DNA of 64,000 nt from Tubulanus polymorphus (Eukaryota > Animalia > Nemertea), in the NCBI RefSeq assembly GCF_964204645.1, contig NC_134027.1:3380485-3444484 (forward strand). Reading direction: 5' to 3'. Shown here in pieces: positions 51,701 to 61,623 of this stretch (position 1 is its first letter; each line of letters starts with the position of its first letter). The notes under the pieces were generated by a model that was not told the DNA's origin, searched no databases, and saw nothing but the letters and a program-made list of their open reading frames with translations. The position numbers were made by a program, and so were the translations under genes.

Positions 51701-52922
51701 GATCAGGTTTGTATTCGCATTAGATAGAAACGTGCGGAATAAACTGTAAATAGAATATTAATCTGATATTGATACGATTTGTTTCTCAGGCGGAGGGAGA
51801 TGAAGCTCTGGGTCAGGCCGGTAAAACGGTGATGATCGAAGTGACTCAAGAAGGATCGTCGCAACAGATGTTCTTATTGATGGAAGTACCGGAGGGTACG
51901 AATGAGGTGACGGCCGAACAACTACAACAAGCGCAAGAAGCCGCGGCCAGACAAGCTCAGGAGGACGATCAGAGACATCAGCAATTACTAGACGAATCGA
52001 TCGATGATGATTTGAATGATACGTCGATGTCTGATTCGTTGGGTTCGCCGAATGTTTCCGCTATGTCGACTCCGAATGTATCAACGATGGTTTCGCCAAA
52101 CATATCAACGATGTCGGTTATGATTCCGCAAAAACAAGAACAGCCTGAACATATTCAAGAGCAACAACATCATCATGAAAACTTGGTCATGGTAAGTAGA
52201 GTAATTTCATTCTTACGATGCCAAATATAATTGAGTTCATCATCGGATACATTACAGGGTGGCCTTTTCTTTTTAAAAGTCAGGGAATTTGTAAATCAGG
52301 GGTCTCGGTATTTATTGTAGCAAGTAGAACAGAATCAACAAGAGCTACCACCGGCGAATATAATGCAAGAGCCAGAGCCTGAATTACCGGTAATCCCTGA
52401 GCCGGAGCAAGAGTTACCCGTGCCTACAGTCGATACCGAAACGATGCCGTCTGAAGAAACTGAACAGGCTATACCGACTACTCCTCGTCGCCGTGGACGA
52501 CCGAGGAAAGATAGTAATAGAGATACGACTCCGCAAACAACACCTGAACCGACCCCACCATTATCACCTCGTGCTGCTAGGTTAGTTCATTTCATTAGAG
52601 TAGCTGAATTATACTCCGCATAGTGGGGTATTATAGGGTGGCTATAGCATAGCTAGGTAACGGGTACTGAAAGGGTTAACTGTTTCAGTCGGAGAATGAT
52701 TGATAACGGAGCAATTTTATTTTTAGGAGTCGAATGAGATCAGGAATGGATTCAATGGAGGAATTGACACCGTCGAAACGAGCTCGCCGCGAGTCGCCGA
52801 AAAAAGGCAAGAAAAACGAAGTGAAAACCGAACTGGAGGACGGCGAAGTCCAGAGACAACGTTCGGAACAAATCAAAAAAGATATCGAGGAATGTTTTGG
52901 ATTTGAAGTCGATGATGAGTAA
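48701..52922 (+). CDS. CTCF: CCCTC-binding factor with 11 C2H2 zinc fingers
   Basis: N-terminal YDF motif (MSIYDFKEE). Eleven fingers were counted, including the diagnostic FTTSGELVRHVRYRH, CSVELSKLKRH, ASPDTYKLKRH and HARFTQSNSLKAH. AT-hook RRRGRPRK. Exons approx. 48701-48803, 49008-50219, 50784-51210, 51417-51706, 51790-52191, 52321-52580 and 52727-52922. Confidence 0.97.
48826..48941. mobile_element. piggyBac-like MITE (TTAA flanks) in a CTCF intron
   Basis: TTAA|ccctttcagtgc ... gcaatgaaagac|TTAA. A matching right end (gtactgaaagggttaa) lies at 52664-52679. Confidence 0.55.
50563..50727. mobile_element. Harbinger/PIF-like MITE, same family as 3783-3891, apparently nested in an older hAT-like relic
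   Basis: cagggggcggtttcatagat ... atctatgaaaccaagccctg. Confidence 0.6.
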
Positions 52923-53964
52923 ATTGTTTGTTATTGAAATGATGAGTTGTGGAGGAATGTGTGTCTGCTGCTTGTGCTTTATTTGAAACTATTAAGAGAA
53001 TATTGTGTACATATTTCAAGCTAAAAATTTTGCGGTATCTGATTGAAGTTCATCTGTATCTAATGTTGTAACGAGTACTAAAGGTAACGCTAGGGGTATG
53101 ATTGAAATTGTCAGTCGGAAGATGTAGATATGCGTCTTATTTATATCAGAATTTGCATTTCTTCTCCCCCTCAGTCATGTATTTAGATCATTGTTGAAAT
53201 GTAGTCTGTACTACAACTGCGTTTTAAACAAATGATTGTACAAAAACGTCATCATTTTAATGCATGTTTTACTTATGTAATCAAATTAGCTTTCTTGGAT
53301 TTGTTGTTTCTTTTTTACTCTCATTCAATCAAGATGTTACATTGTCATTACATTTTCAATGTTGTCAGGTATAATATAATCTTGTAGGTTATGCATATTT
53401 TTTGGAGAGTCAGTTATTAGTTGTTAATATGATAGAATGTAAATAATCAAATCATTTATTGTAACTTTAATATTATGATGAAATTACACTCGATATGTAT
53501 CTGTATATTAATGAAACTTGATGCGAATCTCTGCTTTCTAGTTTCTTTATTGATGTAATGATATTACATTTCCAGCATTCATGATCTACTGCTGTAAATA
53601 TCGCATTATTATACTTAATTATCATATCAATATGAACAATCGTTAACATTTTGTGTAATTTAGTTTAAATGAGTTGAAAATGTCTGGATCGATGGAATTG
53701 AAATGTAAAGTTTTCTTAGTTTATAATTAATTTGGAATGTGCTTTTGATATCCTGGTATTTTGAAGAAATTTCGAAAACAGAATTTTGTGTGTAATTTTT
53801 CTATGATAACAATCTTTTCCCCTTCAATCATTGGATTCACTGAAGAAAATGTACAATAATGCGTAGTTGCAAAATATAAAAGGTATATAATCAATATTTC
53901 ATGTTGTTATGGATTTGACTTTTGTTATTCGGATTGGAAAGGATGTAGACTGATGGTTCATAGC

Positions 53965-54209
53965 CACTGGTGGATTTAGGGGGTCTGGACCCCTGCGTTC
54001 CGTTTCCCACCGAGATTGCCAATTTCATCAAGACCGAGATAGTTTAAACCTGTCATGGTTTCTAATAAGTCTACCAAGTGCTACTTTTTGAATTTTTGTA
54101 TCCACTAACTACAAACCATGGAATTTGACACTTGTATTATCGAAATGCTGCTTTATCCGCGAAATCTCTTTCTGGACTCGGCCTTCATATTTTCTTAGAT
54201 TCAACCCTG
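53965..54209. mobile_element. Degenerate MITE of the CAG..GCGGAT family, between the CTCF and ENY2 3' ends
   Basis: cactggtggatttagggggtctggacccc ... cttagattcaaccctg. Confidence 0.5.
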
Positions 54210-54747
54210 ATAGCATTAGCTAAGGTGAGGAAGCATTGGAAGAAAATCGAAAACAATGCCACGAAAATAGAATAAAGATGAACTAATGGTATACATATTG
54301 GATTTTTATGACAAATAAATATACAAGCATGATGATTTGGTAAACATCATAACACATCACATCCACTCCACATCAAATCTTATACAATAAACTCAATCAG
54401 TGCACATTATTTCAATCGAAGTTTGATGATAATCTTATGATACTATTAACTGTAATGTATGTGGAATTCATGATCCGAGGAAATTTATCTGTAACTCTGC
54501 AAATTATTCAACTTATTTACCAGATGAATTCATTCTAGACCAAAACTATAGCACCTTCACTCGACTTATTTATTATACATGAAACTAAACATGAACAATG
54601 GTCTGTTCAATGTGCGCATACAATGGGTCATGTTTAATACAAAATTGGCTTCCAAATATCATTAGTTCCTAACTGAGATTTCTTGGGAAGATTTTCTTAT
54701 TGAGCAAATACTGATTGTTTTTGAGACACTGTTGAGACTCAAATATT

Positions 54748-55587
54748 TCAAATATTTGACTGTTGCGCAAGGAATGTCCTGATTTTCTGTAGTAATTCTT
54801 TCTTTACCTGGTCCGGAACAAGAGCTGAAAATATTCATAACATCTAGTATCAAATCAGCTGTCAGCCTTTTGAAACTTTCAATAGCTATTCTAATTCATT
54901 TTATGCTTCCATTGTTACCTCTGCCTTTAGGAGTTATTTCAGTCACTAGGTCATCCACTGTGATATGTTCCAATCCTTTTTGACGGACGATTTCTATCAC
55001 AAAGAAATTAACAGTTCAAATTTCAAAAGAATCTTTTTTACGAAATATCTTCTTCTAGCGCATGTATTCTTTAGACGTTACCTTTGCAGTAGGCTTTTAA
55101 TTGATCCCTCCAACCGCATTCAATCAGTCTTGTCCTCAATAATTCTTTTAACCTTAAATTAAAAATCCGAGTAATATAAGTCATACAGAGTAAGATACAG
55201 TACAGTGCACTGATTAAATCATTGACATTGTTACCTTTCTCTTTCACCAGTTTCTATAAGTTTTTGATTTATAGTCGCTCTCATCTGAGCATCTCGTAAT
55301 TTTCTGTCCTGGTAACTGAATGAAAAATAGAGATACAAGGTAAGGTGAAATAGCCAGTCAGTGTTGTTAGTTTCACTGCACATCAAACAAATTCAAGGCT
55401 CACATATGGAATAAAATAATATTCATCCCATTGTTGAAGATTGTTATTGAATTTGAATTGATCATCAATCAGCAATTGAGTTAGTGATATAAAAAAAGAC
55501 CCTGCTGCTATCATTAATTACAGCTGATTAACTCGGTTAATGAGTTCAATAAGCTTTATGCAGATCTAAACTAACTCACTCTGTCAT
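54748..55587 (-). CDS. ENY2: Transcription and mRNA export factor ENY2 (Sus1; SAGA DUB module and TREX-2), 5 small exons
   Basis: Hand-spliced: [103 protein letters not shown]. Exons approx. 55580-55587, 55235-55315, 55082-55152, 54919-54993 and 54748-54824. Confidence 0.96.
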
Positions 55588-55744
55588 AATTTTAGATTTT
55601 TCTGAGTGGAATCAAGGAATGTCCGATCCGTTATGTTGCTATGTTATTCTATGCTGTGATTGGGAATAGATTTGGGTGGCAAAGTGGAAAATTTGGACTG
55701 GGAATGTAACTTTAAATCCAATTCCGTGTTTTATTTAATACTCG

Positions 55745-55815
55745 GTGAGTAGACGCCACCGATAGATGGCGTCAAGTTCACCAGCCAAAATGGCGGATTT
55801 TCGGCGCAAGCCGAG
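55745..55815. promoter_or_regulatory. Very compact divergent ENY2/PCIF1 promoter
   Basis: Quasi-palindrome gacgccaccgatagatggcgtc at 55752-55773 containing a CTCF-like agatggcg core. YY1 site aaaatggcgg near 55787-55796. Confidence 0.6.
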
Positions 55816-56277
55816 TGATGTTCCTCCTTAAAACAGTCTATATTTACACCTTTAATCACCAATGATCGTTAAGGTGATTATTGCAATTTAATCCTATTCC
55901 ATTGTTCTATATTTAGATGTTTGTTTTTACGTTCGTCCATCCGTGAAATAAACACAATACATACAAAACTGCCGGCATGTAAATCGAATATATGATCAAT
56001 CAAAATTAAATCAAGTCCATGATGTTTTATTGCTAAATGTAAATAAACCTTTTATTCGAATGCGACAGTTTTTTTATGTCGGTTTTTAAAGAAATAAGTA
56101 TTCAAGACACACACACATATGTGATTATACAATTTGATTAATATTGGTTGACAGTTTTCTGATTGATAATTCTAACAACCGTCTTTTTTGAATTATAGAG
56201 GCCTAGATGCCTCTACTATAAGTGTCATTCAGTATGTTCTGTTTGTTTATTTCAGTAGTTAGTATAGATAGAGATCT

Positions 56278-59200
56278 ATGTATGTAAAGATGGCAGAAGC
56301 TGATGATTCAGTTAAATTGCCACTTACTGTGGATAAGATCGATATTAAATCTGCTACCAATAACCAGCATACGACAGTAGATACAAGCAGTTCAGGGGAT
56401 TCTCCTATACCGCAGTCACCGGCTGTTGGTCCATCTCCTCACGTGTTTGGTGGATCTCCTGGCTCGGTTGATCCTGTTCACGATTTACCACAAGAATTAC
56501 TGAACGCAGGATGGAGACGATTCTGGAGTAAACGCGAAGGACAGCCTTATTTCTTCAATAAAATTACGAATCAGTCTTTATGGGAAATGCCAACGATTGA
56601 TGGGAGACCCGCAAAGGTATAGAAATTGTGTTTGAATCTTCCACTCTCAGCTTACTTCATTCAACTGAACTGACTACATTTTCGGCTAAAATATCTATGA
56701 CTTTATTGCAGCATGATCATCTGAGCGATCCACTAGGTATTCAGACATCTCCACCGGCGCAGTTAGTTCCAGGTTCAACACCAGTTGGTGAGAAAAGAAG
56801 AGCAAGCACCGACCATGGAGGCAGTCCCCCTAAACGTCCTGCCCAAAGTATTGGGTAAGCCTTGTTATAATTGAACGTTCATGAATGAAGATTGATAAAA
56901 TTGAGTTATTTCCAGGGTTCTTAATGATCAGGGAGTTACTAAATTGTTTCAACTTGATTTTCAGACCATTCTGGAATTTTGAATTACACAGCAATGTCAT
57001 TATCTACGAACAACCGATAAAAGCGATTCCACCGCCTCATCCAGATATAGAAAATATGCGATTGCAAAGTATGGTGAAATTACGACAACAATATCAAGAA
57101 CTTTGCCATTCAAGAGAAGGTAAATTTAAACTGTTGTTGCTCGCTTTCAAAAGCTACCATGGGTTGGCTCCTGATTACTTCTGTGCAAACTTCTGGCAAA
57201 ATATTACTCTTATCGGACAATTTGCTTATTATACCCAAACTATAGGCTTAGTACCTTAGATATTTTTGATATCCGAGTGGTGCCATCTGATGAGCTAGCT
57301 GGCCAATAAAAGAGATTTTTGACAATTTTGAGAATTTTATTGGGTTTCTTAGGAATTGAAGCTCCGAAAGAATCTTTCAACCGATGGTTAATCGAAAGAC
57401 AAATAATCAATAAAGATGAAGACTACATGTTCCCTAGTGACTGCGTACCTGAAATCTCTCAGTCAATGTACCGCGAGATTATGAATGATATACCGATCAA
57501 ACTTGTGAAACCGAAATATTCCATGGACGCTCGCAGGCAACTGTTGAAATACGCGGAGGCAGCAAAAACGATGGTTGAATCACGGAATTCAACTCCGGAA
57601 AGTCGGAAAATAGTCAAATGGAACGCTGAAGATACGTTTATATGGTTACGCAAACAATCAAATGCTTCATATGAAGACTACCTTGTAAGTGTGATTTCAT
57701 TCCTGGAAAATTCGCATTCTTCATACTCTGGGAAGATCGTTGAAAAAGATTTAAAAATAATATTTTTCAGGAAAGGTTGGCTCACTTGAAACGGCAGTGC
57801 CAGCCTCATTTAACAGAAACGGCTAAAACATCAGTGGAAGGAATCTGCAGTAAAGTCTATCATTTCTCGTGTGAATACGCGAAGAAAATACGAGAAAAAC
57901 ATTGGGAATTATTATCACAGCACAACATAAAACGTAAGTGCAAATTCATACATCAACGATTGAAGTTCCAATATAATTCAGGTGTGCGAAAAAGCTTTCA
58001 TTTATACCTATTTTACTTGATTATTTATTGTTATTCTATCTAGCACCTGATAGTGAAAGTATTCCACCTATTAGGAAGGTAATGTGTTACCCTGTACTGC
58101 TATCAGTGCCTTGTCCGCGGTTACCATCACCTGAAATACAGTTCACCAATGAAGGAGTTACATTACGCTATAAATCGGAAACCATCAGAATAAATACGGA
58201 TCATTTTCAAAAATTAGTAAGTAGTGATTTTTTGAATTATACGGACACGTAACATCGGATAAAAACGTAATCCTTGTCCGTTCATTCGTAGGAACAATTG
58301 TACAGATGGAATTGTAAAGATGATCCCAGATTCGATAATTATCTCGCTAGATGTTGGTGCCTGATGAAACGATATCAGGTACAAAAAAGAAACTTTTATG
58401 AAAAATTGTTCTAATTCAGTGAATATTCGGATTTAATGTAAGACTTGTTTTCTTTCAATGTTTTAGTCGATGTTTGGTATCGGTAATGAAGGAGTGAGTT
58501 TACAAGGAGCTTTGCCCGTGGCTGTATTCGAATGTTTGCACAGATTATTCGGTGTTACGTTTGAGTGTTTCGCATCTCCTTTGAATTGCTACTTCAAACA
58601 ATTCTGTTCTGCATTCCCAGATACTGACGGTTATTTCGGATCTCGAGGGTCAGTATTGAAGAAGAATTCACAAATAGATTAAACATCTAAATCGATTTAG
58701 ATTTTTGATTTTTTTCTGAAACTAGATAGATCATTGAACTCTGAATTAATACCAGCTGTTCATCTTTTAGATCACTGCTGAAATTTCAACCAGTCAGTGG
58801 TTCATTTGAAGCTAATCCTCCATTCTGCGAAGAACTGATGGAAACAATGGTCGACCATTTCGAAGTATGTTTATGCAATTATTACTATAATAATTAATCC
58901 TATAATCAAAATGCTTTTATTTATCGAAATGATTGAATTTTGCTTGTAGAGTTTATTACTGGAATCGAGTGAACCGTTGTCATTTATCGTATGTATTCCC
59001 GAATGGAGGGATCCACCGACAGAAGCTCTTATTAGATTAGAATCTAGTCGATTTAACCGTAAACAATTAGTCATCCCTCCATTTGAACATGAATACAGAC
59101 ATGGCTTCCAACATATCGTAGCAAAGTAAGTTTTTGATTTTACCAGAAAATGATTTCCGGTTGTGAAGTTTTTACCGGGAAAAAGACCGCTATATTAAAA

Positions 59201-59354
59201 TTTTTTCTGTAGGAATGAAACGAATATTAAAGCAATGCACGGAACTTTGATAATCTTCCTACAAAATGAAGCTGGCCTTTCTAAGTGGGAACCTACAGCG
59301 GATAGACTTCATGAACTACGGTTAGCATTTCGACCTAAAGACAGAGCTCATTGA
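56278..59354 (+). CDS. PCIF1: Cap-specific m6Am methyltransferase PCIF1/CAPAM
   Basis: N-terminal WW domain ([28 protein letters not shown]), [21 protein letters not shown], catalytic NPPF (GSFEANPPF near 58800) and HEYRHGFQH. Stop TGA at 59352-59354. The start may instead be the ATG at 56290. Confidence 0.96.
57121..57255 (+). mobile_element. Relic of an L2/CR1-type LINE ORF2 3' end inside a PCIF1 intron
   Basis: Reads [18 protein letters not shown], matching the typical L2/CR1 C-terminal pattern (FKILLLxFKxLHGLAPxYL), directly after the splice donor. Confidence 0.6.
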
Positions 59355-59850
59355 TGTGAATTCTGCTAAATTGATCGTTGTTCAGATTATCTATTTTACT
59401 CGTTTGCGCTAGTGCATGACATGACAGATATACAGAACACTAGCTCCGCATTGTTTCATAAAAAGACGAATAACTTGTGACGTGTAAATTACATAAAGCT
59501 AATTGGGAAATAAAATGATTGCAGTATTACAGCTCATAATTTTGCACGCCATCATTAAAAATGTAAGCATAATTATTATTGATACATGAGCACATGTATA
59601 TGAGCAGCGTTATGATTACTGATATTTGAATATGTCCATGTCTATTACATTGGTTATCGTTACTGTAAATTAACAAAAGATGTAAATATTACATTTAGTG
59701 GGTTTAGACATAACAATTGATACTGCCTCATAAAATGGCAGATTACTGGAAATAAGGGATATTTGAACCTGAACAGTTTCGATAAATGTAGTCACCTGTC
59801 ATTGTTATGTAGAAATAATCTGTGGTTATTTGAATGAATGACTAAATGAC

Positions 59851-60022
59851 TACAGTGGAACCTCGTTACAACAAATTTCAGAGACCAGAAAATATGTTCG
59901 TCATAACCAATAGTTCATTACATCCAGTATGAAATTTTTAAGATTATCCTATTTGGGATGAAATTCTTTGTAATAACCGATAAATTGTTATATGAGGTCA
60001 TTATAACGAGGTGCCAACTGTA
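59851..60022. mobile_element. Tc1/mariner (pogo-like) MITE in the probable PCIF1 3' UTR
   Basis: TA|CAGTGGAACCTCGTTACAA ... TTATAACGAGGTGCCAACTG|TA. Confidence 0.75.
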
Positions 60023-61623
60023 TAGCTGTTCAAGATTCTGTGCGGTATTTCAATGGCAGCTTTTATATTGTGAATATTCTGAGTAATGTTTAACCTAATG
60101 GTCCAAATCAAGCAGGGTTCATACTATAGATTTCTGACAATGAGATTATTGAATCAGTTGCATTATTGTCTTATTGGAATCATGACAAATTCTAAAAAAT
60201 AAAAACAGTTTCTTCCCCTTAAGCAATAACCCAAAATTCGCCTATTCAATCAATAGATTGGTATTTGTAGTGTGAACCTAACTCAATTTTCCATTTTATA
60301 CTTATAACTGATATATAACAATATTTTTCTGTGCCGCATTTGTCTATCTCAAAACATCTTGTTCGCCACCCTTTGTATTTATAGTTTTCTAAGTTGTAGT
60401 TTTTCTCTAGTTGTTATCATTATGCCAGATGGTTTTAATGTAAATAACTTTATTGTTTTGTACATAATTATATAATGTACATCATAATCAATCATATTCC
60501 TTCTGAACAAATAATGCAGTGTATGTTGGATACTCATGATATCTTAGCTACTTGTATATGCATCATCTGCATTAATTTTTGTTTTCAGCATTTTATGCGA
60601 TGTTTTAAACTTGATAAATTTTATTGTACATATACTGAATACTATTAGTATTATGTACTCTTATATTTGGTAATTTTCGAAAGACAGGCCCAAGATTTTC
60701 TGAATAAAATGAAGGATATCCTGCTGCATTTGGGGTCTTACACTAAGTGGTCTTATGATTGAAATGTACCAAACACTTTGGGGGAATTGGATTAAATCTA
60801 ACAATATAATTCCTGCTTATTATGTAGGACAGTTGTGTTATCGCAATAACAGGTTGAATGAAGCAATTTTTAAAGATGTATCTTTTATTTTAACTTTATA
60901 CAAGCATTCTCATGTTCACATGTATGTGCTAATAATTCTATAATTTCGATTCCGGTTATTAGTTTCACCATTATTTTAGAGTGCAATATATCGTCCTTCA
61001 TTGTAAATTTTATATAACGATTAATTTAAAAACTTTAGTTCGTGTAAATAAAGATTAGATTTACAAGTAAGTTATCGACTTAGGTGTCATTAGTGTGGCT
61101 TTCTTCAAGAGGAGTCTATAACCATAAGTCAACCTCTGCTATACTGCCCATGTCAATGACCTATGACTGGTTTTAAGAGGTGTTCTTTCTGACCAGTGCC
61201 AAGACAAATACACATGCTCCATTCACAGGGAATTGGGCAGGGATGGCAGTATATCGGAGGTTGAATGTAGGTAGTCGGTCAACACTGACTGACGTCGAGG
61301 GTAAATGGAAAATGAAAACTGATCAGTACCGGTATGTCGGTTTCGTAAATCCCATGAGAAGTTCATCCTTGCATAATCTGAATCGTCACAATCAATAATA
61401 TCATAAAGATAAATCAGATATAAAATATAAAATCAATTTTTTATTTCCATATCCAGGACTGGAAAAACAACTGATACAAAACAAAATGAAACATGAAATG
61501 GTGAACTACATAATTGCCATATTCTTTGCAAGACACGACCTATGATACATTATTATCTAAGTCTATGATGTGCACGTGTTATATTTATGATTATTCTTAT
61601 CCTCTATACTATTGAGTTAAACT

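Noticed and set aside
57284-57310. A second CTGATGAG hammerhead-like word
   Set aside because: It is followed by a short palindrome, but the CGAAA and NUH elements are missing.
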